50,834 nt of DNA from an uncultured Clostridium sp. (GCA_945788325.1 CALZLL010000001.1:1-50834); one strand, 5' to 3'; positions 8,515 through 18,821 are shown, counted from the first letter of the stretch. Made by a program: numbers and translations. The notes: generated from the sequence alone by a model not told the origin.

Positions 8515-11088
8515 ATGAAAGATAAGATTATGAAATATATAAAGGATAATAAATGGATATTATTTACTTTTTTAATTTCAAGTGTTGTTATATCGATAAT
8601 ATATATTTTACAAAAAATAGCTCCATATGGTAATAATTCCATGTTAGATGTTGATTTTTATCATCAGTATGGTCCTTTATTAAATGAGCTATATGATAGA
8701 ATTAAGTCTGGAGAGACACTACTTTATTCTTTTAATACTGGTGGTGGTATTCCATTTTATAGGAATTTTTTAAATTATTTATCTAGTCCTTTTAACATTG
8801 TTTTATTCTTTTTTAGAAAAGAAAACATCGTTATGGCTTTTTCAATTGTAATTGCTTTAAAAACTATTTTTTCAGCTACTTTTATGTCTTATTATCTTAA
8901 GAAGACTTTTAAAAAAGATGGTATATTAACTAGTATATTTGGAATATTATATGCTTTTTCAGGTTATTTTTGTGCATACTATTGGAACATAATGTGGCTT
9001 GATGGAATGGTATTTTTACCAATTATAATGTTAGGTATTAATAAAATAATAGATGAAGAAAATCCTTTTACTTATGTTATTAGTTTAGCTATTATGCTTT
9101 TTGCTAACTACTTTATTGGATACATGATATGTATTTTTAGTGTATTTTATTTTCTTGGCTATTTCTTATATAGAAAAAACTTTAAAATTAAAAACATCTT
9201 AAAAAAGTTTATTATGTTTGGTATATCTTCAATTTTAGCAGCAGGTTTAGTAGCATTTTTATTGTTACCACTTTTTAGTTCGCTTTCATCAATTTCTGCT
9301 ACTAAAGATACCTTTCCAACGTTAACTTCTAATTTTTCAATATCAGATTATATTTTTAATCACGTAACAGGTGTTAATAGAACCGTATTTGCAAGTGATA
9401 TTTTACCACTACCTAACGTGTATTCTGGTATGTTAACTATTTCACTTATATTGTTATTATTCTTTAATAAGAAAATTAACTTAAGATTTAAAATCATATC
9501 AATAACATCTTTATTATTCTTTTTCTTATCATTTAATATTAATCGTATAGATTTTATATGGCATGCTTTTCATGTCCCTAATGATTTACCGTGGCGTTAT
9601 TCTTTTATATATGTTTTTGTATTAATTACGTTAGGATATTATTCAATGTTAAGAATAAAAGACGTAAGTATATATAAACTTTCTTTATCCTTTGGAATTA
9701 TTTTTATCATGGTTTTATTAGCATCTAAAACCGGATTTGAAAACTTGGATGATTCAAAAGTTATTACGAGTCTTATAATTCTTCTTATGTATTATGCATT
9801 AATGATAGTAATTAAAAACAATAAATCAAATAAAATAATTGTATATTTCATTTTTACGTTAATAGTTATGTTTGAATGTGTTTATGGTATAAATGCTAAT
9901 TGGAATATTGATCATGATATCAGTAATTTTATGAGTGATAAAAAAGCTTATCAATCGTTAATTAAAAATATTAAAAAAGATGATAATGGTTTATACCGTA
10001 TGGAAAAAACTGATTATTTAACCCTTAATGATGGAGCATGGTATGATTATAATGGTATTTCTACTTTTACTTCTATGGCATATGAAGATGTAGCTAAATT
10101 TCAAAGAATGATTGGAATGGCAGGTAATGACATTAATAGTTATTATTATAAATATTATCAAACACCTGTTTATAATACTATGTTTAACGTAAAATACATT
10201 TTAGGAAACTACATTAAAAATGATTATTACGTACCTATAGCAAAAGAAGAATCAGTTAATGCGATAGGTTATAATTATTCTTCATCAATTGCGTACGTTG
10301 TTAATAAAGACGTAAAAGACTATAAACTTATAAGTTACATGCCATTTTTAAACCAAAGTAATTTTGTTACCTTATCAACTGGGATAAACGATATTTTTAC
10401 ACCTGTAGAAGTAGATAGTATTCTTAATACAACAATAACTAATACTAATATAAAAAACAATTTAAATGGTGAATTTAATTATAAAATGAATGATGGTATT
10501 AGCGAGATTGTAATAAACTTAAATAACGAGGATAATAAAAACACTTATTTATATATAGGAGGTAATAAAGTAAGTGCTTATTATGTTAATGATAAATATT
10601 ATTCTATAACATCTGATGAATATTATATCGTTGATACTGGTAAGTTAGATACTAGCACGATAGAAGTAAAAATAGACTTAGAAGACAGTGAAGATGGTAT
10701 TTTAAAATTTTATGCTTATAATTTAAATGAAGAAGCATTTGATAAATTTTATAAAGAAATAACTGATGAAATGTTAGAAGTTACGAAATACAGTGATACT
10801 TTAATAGAAGGAAACGTTGATGTAAAAAAGAATAATTTAATGTTTACTTCTATAGCATATGATGAAGGTTGGAAGGTATTAGTTGATGGAAAAGAAGTTA
10901 AAACTAAAAAATTAGCTAATGCATATTTAGGATTTAATATAAAAAAAGGAAATCACCATATAAAAATGGTTTATTATCCAAAATATATGAAACAAGGTCT
11001 TATAATATCTATGATTTCACTATTTATTTTAATGGGTTATATCATATATAAAAACAAAACTATTAAAAAAGATAAATTTATTGTTTAA
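8515..11088 (+). CDS. YfhO-family polytopic membrane protein (putative glycosyl transfer/flipping)
   Basis: About 860 aa. Many TM helices in the N-terminal two thirds, a soluble C-terminal domain and a final TM. DVDFYHQYGPLLNELYDRIKSGE is YfhO-like. Start moved to the ATG after RBS ggtga. Confidence 0.6.
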   Translation: MKDKIMKYIKDNKWILFTFLISSVVISIIYILQKIAPYGNNSMLDVDFYHQYGPLLNELYDRIKSGETLLYSFNTGGGIPFYRNFLNYLSSPFNIVLFFFRKENIVMAFSIVIALKTIFSATFMSYYLKKTFKKDGILTSIFGILYAFSGYFCAYYWNIMWLDGMVFLPIIMLGINKIIDEENPFTYVISLAIMLFANYFIGYMICIFSVFYFLGYFLYRKNFKIKNILKKFIMFGISSILAAGLVAFLLLPLFSSLSSISATKDTFPTLTSNFSISDYIFNHVTGVNRTVFASDILPLPNVYSGMLTISLILLLFFNKKINLRFKIISITSLLFFFLSFNINRIDFIWHAFHVPNDLPWRYSFIYVFVLITLGYYSMLRIKDVSIYKLSLSFGIIFIMVLLASKTGFENLDDSKVITSLIILLMYYALMIVIKNNKSNKIIVYFIFTLIVMFECVYGINANWNIDHDISNFMSDKKAYQSLIKNIKKDDNGLYRMEKTDYLTLNDGAWYDYNGISTFTSMAYEDVAKFQRMIGMAGNDINSYYYKYYQTPVYNTMFNVKYILGNYIKNDYYVPIAKEESVNAIGYNYSSSIAYVVNKDVKDYKLISYMPFLNQSNFVTLSTGINDIFTPVEVDSILNTTITNTNIKNNLNGEFNYKMNDGISEIVINLNNEDNKNTYLYIGGNKVSAYYVNDKYYSITSDEYYIVDTGKLDTSTIEVKIDLEDSEDGILKFYAYNLNEEAFDKFYKEITDEMLEVTKYSDTLIEGNVDVKKNNLMFTSIAYDEGWKVLVDGKEVKTKKLANAYLGFNIKKGNHHIKMVYYPKYMKQGLIISMISLFILMGYIIYKNKTIKKDKFIV

Positions 11089-11102
11089 ATTTATCTTTTT
11101 TT
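11069..11102 (+). terminator. Rho-independent terminator overlapping the yfhO-like stop
   Basis: aagataaattta / taaatttatctt perfect 12-bp stem followed by a T-run. Confidence 0.7.
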
Positions 11103-11190
11103 GTGATAAAATATTACTAGTTATAATATGAAAGGGTAATTTAGTATTACCATTTCGTATTAAAAGGGGTTTAAAGTAAGGAGGATAGTT

Positions 11191-12216
11191 GTGATTGGCG
11201 TAATTGAAAGAATAAAAAATAGTGTTTTACTTAAGTGTAGCACATTAAACGACGAAGTTATTTCTAAAACGTTGGATGACTTAATTAATACTAGAATATA
11301 TCGTTTTTCAGAAGAAATGGTTAGTTTAATTGGAGATTTCGAAAGTTCTATAACCGAGGAAATATTAAGAAATGAAGTTAGTAAAATCATTAAAACTCCA
11401 ATAATAAAGAAAATAAAAAGAAAGTTATTTATTGATTCATTAGCACTTCAAATAACTAACGATACGTTTATTGAAGACTATGTTAACAATAAAATTACAT
11501 TAGAAAAATTAGAAAAAACATATATAAAAGAACTAAATAAAAACAAAAGTTCTAATCAACTAAACATGACTGAGGATTTGAATCTTGAAGAAATAATAAA
11601 TGAACTTAGAATATACGTTGATAAAAACTTTAATTCAAAGTTAAGTGAAAATAATTTTTTAGTTAGTTCAATTAATAATTTAGTATCTAACTTAAAAGAA
11701 AATCTAGAACAAGATTTAAAAGAAATGATAGATGGGACCGATTTGAAATATTATGATATTTTAAAAACAGAATTACTAAGTGAAATAGAAGAGAAAAAAG
11801 AAGATGAAGGGGAAGAAAACATGATGGATAATATAAATGAAACAAGAATATCTGATTTGGTAAAAGAAGAAAATATACCAAATAAATTTGATAAATATGA
11901 TGATATGACTTTATTTAATAAAATAATTTTAAGTCTTAATACGGAAGAAGAAAAATTATCTAGAAAAGAAGAAAAATTAAGACTTAGAAAAGAAGATGTA
12001 GATAAAAGATTATCTGATACTAATAAAAATATTGAAGCTAATATCGAAAGAGAAAATAAACTATCTCAAAGAAAGATGGAATTAAATGCTAGAGAACTTG
12101 AAATTAATTCTAAGTTATCTGAAGCTGAAGTTATCTTCCTTAACATGAAGCCATTAATTAAAGGACTAAGCAAGATTAAGGACTCTAACGAAAATGGAGG
12201 TAGTGAAAATGAGTAA
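11191..12216 (+). CDS. Acidic coiled-coil protein, unknown function
   Basis: GTG start after RBS aaggagg. K/E-rich heptad-like C-terminal half. No recognisable catalytic motif. Confidence 0.4.
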   Translation: MIGVIERIKNSVLLKCSTLNDEVISKTLDDLINTRIYRFSEEMVSLIGDFESSITEEILRNEVSKIIKTPIIKKIKRKLFIDSLALQITNDTFIEDYVNNKITLEKLEKTYIKELNKNKSSNQLNMTEDLNLEEIINELRIYVDKNFNSKLSENNFLVSSINNLVSNLKENLEQDLKEMIDGTDLKYYDILKTELLSEIEEKKEDEGEENMMDNINETRISDLVKEENIPNKFDKYDDMTLFNKIILSLNTEEEKLSRKEEKLRLRKEDVDKRLSDTNKNIEANIERENKLSQRKMELNARELEINSKLSEAEVIFLNMKPLIKGLSKIKDSNENGGSENE

Positions 12217-13612
12217 AATACTAAATAGCGTTTTAGAAAAAGTTAGTGAAAATAATAACGAATATAGAACTTTCTTACGTGATCTAAATGTTAAAATAGA
12301 TGAAAAAACAACTGCTTTTGTAGGCGATGTGGTAACAGTATCAGGATACACGGTAGATTTTTCTAATGCTATTACGTTAGCTAAAGAAAAAATTGTTAAT
12401 CCTGTATCAAGAACAGTTGAGTCATATGTAATAAAAGACTTAAGAAGCGTTGAGACTGTTAATGAACAATTCGTTGAAAAAATAAATGATAAAATAGAAA
12501 ATACTAGTATTAATTCTAAAGAGGAAAAAGAAGCATTTAATAATAATTTAAATCAATTGCTAAATGAAAAATATTTAGAAATAGTAAAAATAAAAAGAGT
12601 TGATTTTCTTAATAAAGATAAAAAAAATGATGATATTGAATCATGTGTTAAAGATTTTTATGATTCAATTAACGTAAATAATACTATTAGTAACTTAGAA
12701 GATACGTTTAATGCTTTTAAAAAAGAATTATATAATGTAATTACAAATACATTAACAAAAATTAGTGATTTATATTTAAATAACTTTGTTAGTGAAGTAT
12801 CTAGTGCACTAAATTCTTCAGTTGATTATAATGATAAATTAGAAGAAAGTGCTGAAGAATTTAAACCATTTATACCTGATATTAATCCTGTTCCAGAAGT
12901 TTTAATACCAAGTATTCCAGAAGTTGAAGCAAATTCACCTATAGAACCTGAATTAAACGATGTAAAAATTGATGATGAACTTATTGTTCCGGTTATTGAA
13001 GAAGAATCTAATGAAATTAATAATGAACCATTAGTAGAAAATGAAATAATTATACCAGTAATTAATGATGAAAAAGAGGAAGATTCTACTTTAATGAACA
13101 TTGAGCCAATTTCTCCAATTGAATTTACTGAAGAACAAGTAAATGAAACTAGCAAGGAAGCATTTAAAAAACCTTATGATGTTGAAGAAATATTAAAAAT
13201 AGCTAAGTCTCCAATAGTTGCAGTACCAGAAGTAAAAGAAACAATAGAAAAAGATGATTATGTAAAAGTAGAACCAATCATTAATGAAAAAGAAACTGAT
13301 ACCATGGAAGCTGAATATAGTGAAAGAGACATAGTAGAAGAAATGATAAGACGTTTAACAAAACGTTTAGAAGAAATAGATGAGCGAAGAGAAAGTTATA
13401 AAGAAGAAAAAACTAAGTTAGAAGAAGATGAAGCATTTGTTAATGATTTAATTGAAAGTTCAAATGCTAAGAGGGAAGATCTTGATAAATTTGAACAAGA
13501 ATTAAACGATAAAGAAGAAGAACTAAATAATAAACAAAAAGAGTTAGAAAAGAAAATTAATGATGTTATGCCTTTTGCAAATGCTGTATTAAATAGTGAA
13601 AAAGAATCTTAA
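12209..13612 (+). CDS. Acidic coiled-coil protein with a central Pro/Glu/Ile-rich low-complexity region, unknown function
   Basis: ATG after RBS ggaggt. Architecture parallels the preceding gene (globular N-terminus, C-terminal coiled coil). Confidence 0.4.
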   Translation: MSKILNSVLEKVSENNNEYRTFLRDLNVKIDEKTTAFVGDVVTVSGYTVDFSNAITLAKEKIVNPVSRTVESYVIKDLRSVETVNEQFVEKINDKIENTSINSKEEKEAFNNNLNQLLNEKYLEIVKIKRVDFLNKDKKNDDIESCVKDFYDSINVNNTISNLEDTFNAFKKELYNVITNTLTKISDLYLNNFVSEVSSALNSSVDYNDKLEESAEEFKPFIPDINPVPEVLIPSIPEVEANSPIEPELNDVKIDDELIVPVIEEESNEINNEPLVENEIIIPVINDEKEEDSTLMNIEPISPIEFTEEQVNETSKEAFKKPYDVEEILKIAKSPIVAVPEVKETIEKDDYVKVEPIINEKETDTMEAEYSERDIVEEMIRRLTKRLEEIDERRESYKEEKTKLEEDEAFVNDLIESSNAKREDLDKFEQELNDKEEELNNKQKELEKKINDVMPFANAVLNSEKES

Positions 13613-13627
13613 TTGATTCTTTTTTTG
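13601..13627 (+). terminator. Rho-independent terminator
   Basis: aaagaatc-ttaatt-gattcttt followed by a T-run. Confidence 0.7.
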
Positions 13628-13680
13628 TCATTAAAATTATTTTTTAACATATAGTTAAGTAGAAAGATTTGGAGGGTATT

Positions 13681-14187
13681 ATGATTAATAAACAAAAGAT
13701 ATGGTTTTTAACATTATTTAGTTTAATTTTAGTATTAAGTGTGTACTATATTACGATGCCTAGTGAACTTTTAACAACTGCAAAGACAACTGATACAACA
13801 AAAAAGGAAACTACTAAAAAAGAAAAATTGAGTATAAGTGAAACTGATGTTTTAACCGCTTTACAAGTTGAAAGAGATGAAGAGCAAGCAGCTTTAGCAG
13901 CAGAATATAATGAAATTTTAACAAATAAAGATGCATCAACGGAAGAAAAAAATAACGCATATGATGGTTTAAAAGAAATTGACTCAATAAAGGCTAAAGA
14001 AGAAGATTTAGAAAACAAACTAAAAAAACAACTTAAGTTAGACTCATTCATAAAGATAGATGGAGTAAATATAAGTGTAACAATAAAAAGGAAAGATCAT
14101 GATTATTCTCTTGCAAATAACGTTATGAGATTAATTCAAAAAGAATTTAAGAATAACGTTTACGTATCTGTTAAATTTCAAAACTAA
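13681..14187 (+). CDS. SpoIIIAH-like sporulation protein
   Basis: N-terminal TM, then LQVERDEEQAALAAEYNEILTNKDASTEEKNNAYDGLKEI and a C-terminal DSFIKIDGVNISVTIK. This resembles the SpoIIIAH layout. Confidence 0.5.
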   Translation: MINKQKIWFLTLFSLILVLSVYYITMPSELLTTAKTTDTTKKETTKKEKLSISETDVLTALQVERDEEQAALAAEYNEILTNKDASTEEKNNAYDGLKEIDSIKAKEEDLENKLKKQLKLDSFIKIDGVNISVTIKRKDHDYSLANNVMRLIQKEFKNNVYVSVKFQN

Positions 14188-14267
14188 GTACCTTTTTATA
14201 TGTTTTCTCATAAAATAATATAGAAAAAATATTAAAATACCTCTTATCATAGGAAAGTGGGGAAATC

Positions 14268-14474
14268 ATGGGAAAACGTGTACTTACTAAAAGAGAAAAA
14301 GAAATATTTGATTACCTTATAACTAATAAAACTACCAAAGAAATTGCTATGAAACTTGGAATAAGTGAAAAAACGGTTAGAAATCACATATCAAATGTAA
14401 TGCAAAAACTCGGAGTAAAGGGAAGAGCATGTGCTGTAATTGAGCTTATAAGATTAAACGAGATTACATTATAA
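14268..14474 (+). CDS. gerE: GerE-type LuxR-family HTH sporulation regulator
   Basis: LTKREKEIFDYLITNKTTKEIAMKLGISEKTVRNHISNVMQKLGVKGRACAVIELIRL closely parallels the B. subtilis GerE sequence as I recall it. Confidence 0.8.
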   Translation: MGKRVLTKREKEIFDYLITNKTTKEIAMKLGISEKTVRNHISNVMQKLGVKGRACAVIELIRLNEITL

Positions 14475-14499
14475 AATCGCATATTTAATGCGATTTTTT
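14474..14499 (+). terminator. Rho-independent terminator after gerE
   Basis: aaatcgcat-attta-atgcgattt followed by ttt. Confidence 0.7.
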
Positions 14500-14523
14500 C
14501 ATAATATTAAATGGAGGATTTAT

Positions 14524-15477
14524 ATGCTAAGAAAATTTGCTTATAATAAAATTTTTAGAACTACAGGAATGCTTTTGCTACTTTTATTGTTACTTGTATT
14601 TCCAGCATCTAAAGAATATTCCTTGGAAGATGAAAAAACGGTTAAAACGAGTAATACGATTAAACAAAAAGAAGTATTTTTAATTGATAAAGATGGCTAT
14701 GTAGCTAGAACACTTATGAAAATTAACGCCAAAACCAATGAAGAATATGCAAAAAAATTGATAGAACTTTTAATTATAGGTGGTAAATACGAAAATGAAT
14801 TACCAAATGGATTTAAAGCTATTATACCTAGTGACACAAAAATTAATGATGTAAAAATAGATAATGATAATATACTTATTGATTTATCATCTGACTTTTT
14901 AGAATTAAATAGCAATAACTTTCAAAGGGCCATTGAGGCACTTACTTATAATATAACTACAATAGATGGTATAAAATATTTATACATAAATATTGATGGT
15001 AATAAACTTTTAAAATCACCTAATGGTACTTACTTAACTCAACCATTTTCAAGAAAAGACGGAATAAATAATTCTTATGATGTTACTAATTATAAAAACG
15101 TTAGTAAGACAACAATTTATTACGTAAATAAAAATAATAAAGGCTATTACTATGTACCAGTTACAAAAGTAAACAATGATGATAGAGATAAAATAAAAAT
15201 AATAATTGATGAATTAACGTCATCACATATATACGAAACAAATTTGATGAGCTTTTTAAACTATAATACAAAATTATTAAACTATGAATTAAAAGAAGAT
15301 GTTCTTACGCTTGATTTTAATAATTTCTTATTTGATGATGAAGCAGGTAAAAATATTTTAGAAGAGGTAATATACTCTATTTCATTATCAATTAGGGATA
15401 ATTATGATGTTAGTGAAGTTGTTTTTACGGTAGATGGTAAAGAAATTACAAAAAGTGTTATAAAAAATATTGAATAA
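14524..15477 (+). CDS. GerM-like (GerMN domain) sporulation/germination protein
   Basis: Signal-anchor followed by two repeated GerMN-like halves (VFLIDKDGYVARTL... / IYYVNKNNKGYYYVPVTK...). Start moved past the gerE terminator to the ATG after ggagg. Confidence 0.5.
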   Translation: MLRKFAYNKIFRTTGMLLLLLLLLVFPASKEYSLEDEKTVKTSNTIKQKEVFLIDKDGYVARTLMKINAKTNEEYAKKLIELLIIGGKYENELPNGFKAIIPSDTKINDVKIDNDNILIDLSSDFLELNSNNFQRAIEALTYNITTIDGIKYLYINIDGNKLLKSPNGTYLTQPFSRKDGINNSYDVTNYKNVSKTTIYYVNKNNKGYYYVPVTKVNNDDRDKIKIIIDELTSSHIYETNLMSFLNYNTKLLNYELKEDVLTLDFNNFLFDDEAGKNILEEVIYSISLSIRDNYDVSEVVFTVDGKEITKSVIKNIE

Positions 15478-15524
15478 TTATTATTTTTGAGTTATAATTG
15501 ATTTGTTGTTTAAAACAAATCAAT

Positions 15525-15601
<77 letters not shown>

Positions 15602-15614
15602 TATTAAAATATAA

Positions 15615-15648
15615 ATGATAGCTAATTTTTTAGCTATCATTTTCTTTT
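15615..15648. terminator. Bidirectional terminator between the tRNA and the convergent lipid kinase gene
   Basis: atgatagcta-attttt-tagctatcat, with T-runs on both strands. Confidence 0.7.
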
Positions 15649-16566
15649 TAATACCTTTATTTGTTTTGCTGGTTCGTAATTTACAGTATCAGTACCATAG
15701 TTAAGTATTTGATTAGATTTTTCACCATCATTATCAAAAGGATACTTTGGATAAGTTTCTTTAAATGTTAGTCTTATTTTACTTGATGAGTCAATTATTA
15801 AGGAGTCTTTATATTTGTTTAAATCAATATCATTTTTTACATAATCAGATACTATACTAGCTATTAATTTAGGATTTGCATCTTTTATAAGTAAAAGTTC
15901 TATTTTTCCATCATCTAATTTTACGTCTTTATATAAATCGATTCCAGCAAAACCTTTTGAATTAGTTATTGCGCCTAACATACAATTTGTTTGTCCTTTT
16001 ATATTATCAGTTTCATATTCTATCAGATATTTTTCTGGTTTTTTTATTATGTAAGGAAATGCACTTAATACATAACCTGCATGCCCTAAATGTTTTTTCA
16101 TATTTGGGTTAGTTACGTAAGGAACTTGTGCAAGGTACCCAAATACGGAAGTATAGCAGACTATTTCATCATTCATTTTATATGAATCAAATAATGTTAT
16201 CTCACCATCTAATATGTCTTTTACTATTTTATCAGCATCTTTATACCTAACGTCAAAATTTTTTGCCATGTCATTTGTTGTACCAGTTGGAACGTGCGCG
16301 TACAATCCTTTTTGATCAATTTCATTATAAGCTTTATATGCTTCACTAACGGTTCCATCACCACCAAGTGTTAAAACTAGCGTATTTTCATCATCTGCTT
16401 CTTTTACTAATTCAATTAAATTTCCTTCATACATACTTTTTTTAAAGTTAGGACTTATTCCTTTTTCATGAATAGTTTTAGCAATTAAATTTAAGTTGCT
16501 TTCCTTAAAGCCCGTAGAAACCGGATTATATATTATTTCACATCTTTTTATGTCGTTTGTTGTCAT
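15637..16566 (-). CDS. DAGK-catalytic-domain lipid kinase (YegS/DagK/BmrU family)
   Basis: IIYNPVSTG ... LTLGGDGTVSEA ... PTGTTNDMA, the typical diacylglycerol/lipid kinase catalytic domain motifs. Confidence 0.75.
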   Translation of the reverse strand: MTTNDIKRCEIIYNPVSTGFKESNLNLIAKTIHEKGISPNFKKSMYEGNLIELVKEADDENTLVLTLGGDGTVSEAYKAYNEIDQKGLYAHVPTGTTNDMAKNFDVRYKDADKIVKDILDGEITLFDSYKMNDEIVCYTSVFGYLAQVPYVTNPNMKKHLGHAGYVLSAFPYIIKKPEKYLIEYETDNIKGQTNCMLGAITNSKGFAGIDLYKDVKLDDGKIELLLIKDANPKLIASIVSDYVKNDIDLNKYKDSLIIDSSSKIRLTFKETYPKYPFDNDGEKSNQILNYGTDTVNYEPAKQIKVLKRK

Positions 16567-16738
16567 AATTGCTCCTTTTTTTTCCTTATAATAACATATT
16601 TTTAGAAAAAGTAAAATTTTTTTAATTTTTTAGGGGGATTTTTAAAGTTATGGATAACTATACATATGAGGAGGTGATAAGACGAATAAAAAATGCTTTG
16701 TAAGTCAAACGTCAGTTAATGATTGTGGTGTTGCATGT

Positions 16739-18688
16739 TTGGCGATGATACTTAATTATTATGATAAAAAAATAAACTATGATAATTTAAAAAGTGAATT
16801 TAAGATGGATGAGGTAGGAACTAGTGCTTATGAAGTAATAAGAGTAGCTAAAAAACATGGATTAAATGCTGAAGGATATAAAAATTTTAAAATTAATAAA
16901 TCACTTCATTTTCCCGTTATTGCACACGTTGTAAATAATAATCTTCAGCATTTTGTTGTAGTATTAAAAGTGTTTAAAGAAAAAATATTAATAGCAGATC
17001 CAGCAAGGGGAGTGATGGAAATATTAAAAAAGGATTTTGCAAAAACATATACTGGTATTGCAATAGTTTTTAGTGATGAAATTTTTTCTATTAAACATAT
17101 TTTATTTAAAAATAAATATATTGTTCCATTATTTATAATAGCACTTATATTATCAATATATAATTTATTAAGTTCATATTTATTATCTATCATATCCGAA
17201 CAAATAAGTAATAATAAAACCATATACTGGGTAATTTTATTTTTCATAACAGGAATAATAAAAGAATTATTCTCTTATTTAAAAGATAATTTGTTTTTAA
17301 AATTTAAAATAAAAACTGACAAGACTATTACAATTCCAACAATAAGTAAAATTATCACTCTTCCTCATAAGTTTTATCAGAAAAGTGGTAGTGGTGAACT
17401 AATTAGTAAAATAAATGATTTATCATACGTTAAAAACTTAATTTTTGAATTCACAGATGTATTTTTAATAAACGTAGTAATAATAATCATATCTTTTATT
17501 TTTATTTCTATCATAAGTTATAAACTATTATTAATAAACATATTAATATCTATTCTTCTTTTTATGGTGAACAAAACCTTTCATAATAAAAACTTTTATA
17601 AAACGTATGATTTACAACTTAAAAGTCAGGGAATAAACGCACTTATTTCTGATGTAATAACTTGTATTTATAGTGTTAAAAATTTATCTAAAGAGCATTA
17701 TTTTACTAATAAAATAACAAATAAGTATAATGATTTTTTAAAAAATTTTAAAAGTTTATCCAAAATATATTATAAAAAGGATTTGTTATTTAAAATAATA
17801 AACGTTATTACGTATACTTTTGTTATGTTGATTTTAATATTTGATTCATCAAACATATCACTAACTATCTTTAGTTTTTATATGCAGATGATAATATTTG
17901 ATTCATTAAACTCTATTTTTTCTTTACAACCTTTATATACTAATTATAAAAGTACCATTAAAAGGTTAGACAGCATTTATAAAGAAAAAAGTATCGCTAG
18001 TAATGGTGAAAAAATTAATATTAATAAAATAGAATTTAAAAATTTAAGCTATAAATATAATGATAAAATGATATTAAAAAACGTTAGCTTTAGTTTTAAA
18101 AAAGGTGATTTAATAATGATAAATGGACCAACAGGAGTAGGTAAATCAACGCTTTTTAAGTTATTAACTAAACAACTTAAACCACCTAAAAATAAAATAT
18201 ATATTAATGATGATGACATATCATCAATAAGTTCTTTAGATATAAGAAAAAGTATTATTTACGTAGATCAAAAAACAAGGTTGTTTAATGATACGATTAA
18301 AGAGAATATAAGTTTTAGTAAAGATATAAAAGTAAGAAATTCCTTTAAACGGTTATTAGATGACATATTAAATAAAAATTTCATTGATTACAATTATCTA
18401 GTAGATAATATTAATTCTAATTTATCTGGAGGACAAATGGAGCTTATTATTTTAGCGCAAGCTTTAAATAATAATTGTGATGTATATATTTTTGATGAAA
18501 CTACAAGTCAACTTGATCAAGAAACAGAAAAAAGAGTTTTAAAAGCGATAAAAAAAGATTATCCTGATAAAATAATTATATTAATTAGTCATCGAAAATC
18601 CAACTTAAATTTATTCAATAAAATAATTGAATTTAATTCTGATAAGAAAGTAATAATAAGGAGGTCAAATGAAGAATTTAAAAAATAA
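16739..18688 (+). CDS. Bacteriocin/peptide ABC exporter with N-terminal C39 peptidase domain. The true 5' end probably lies upstream (16650), across a frameshift
   Basis: C39-like N-terminus, 6-TM ABC domain, Walker A GPTGVGKST, signature LSGGQ, Walker B YIFDE. The catalytic-Cys motif QTSVNDCGVAC is encoded in the same frame immediately upstream of the listed TTG start. Confidence 0.8.
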   Translation: MAMILNYYDKKINYDNLKSEFKMDEVGTSAYEVIRVAKKHGLNAEGYKNFKINKSLHFPVIAHVVNNNLQHFVVVLKVFKEKILIADPARGVMEILKKDFAKTYTGIAIVFSDEIFSIKHILFKNKYIVPLFIIALILSIYNLLSSYLLSIISEQISNNKTIYWVILFFITGIIKELFSYLKDNLFLKFKIKTDKTITIPTISKIITLPHKFYQKSGSGELISKINDLSYVKNLIFEFTDVFLINVVIIIISFIFISIISYKLLLINILISILLFMVNKTFHNKNFYKTYDLQLKSQGINALISDVITCIYSVKNLSKEHYFTNKITNKYNDFLKNFKSLSKIYYKKDLLFKIINVITYTFVMLILIFDSSNISLTIFSFYMQMIIFDSLNSIFSLQPLYTNYKSTIKRLDSIYKEKSIASNGEKININKIEFKNLSYKYNDKMILKNVSFSFKKGDLIMINGPTGVGKSTLFKLLTKQLKPPKNKIYINDDDISSISSLDIRKSIIYVDQKTRLFNDTIKENISFSKDIKVRNSFKRLLDDILNKNFIDYNYLVDNINSNLSGGQMELIILAQALNNNCDVYIFDETTSQLDQETEKRVLKAIKKDYPDKIIILISHRKSNLNLFNKIIEFNSDKKVIIRRSNEEFKK

Positions 18689-18809
18689 CGAATTAAAAAA
18701 AATAAAAGCAGGAGGGGTAAGTGGTTGGGCGATCGCCGGAATAATTGCTGGAATAACTTTTCTAGCAGGAGTTTTTGACGGGATTGCAAGACCATTTAAA
18801 TGCAGATAG
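18669..18809 (+). CDS. Double-glycine-leader peptide (class II bacteriocin-like), 46 aa
   Basis: Not in the ORF track. RBS aaggagg is 5 nt upstream. Sequence MKNLKNNELKKIKAGG|VSGWAIAGIIAGITFLAGVFDGIARPFKCR. Leader is ELxxIxxGG type and the mature part contains GxxxG motifs. Overlaps the exporter 3' end by 20 nt. Confidence 0.75.
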   Translation: MKNLKNNELKKIKAGGVSGWAIAGIIAGITFLAGVFDGIARPFKCR

Positions 18810-18821
18810 AAAGGAGACAAA

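Noticed and set aside
15500-15522. Perfect inverted repeat attgatttgtt...aacaaatcaat immediately upstream of tRNA-Arg, as a possible regulatory element
   Set aside because: It is most simply the terminator or processing hairpin of the upstream gerM-like gene. It lacks a T-run, and I have no evidence for any other role.
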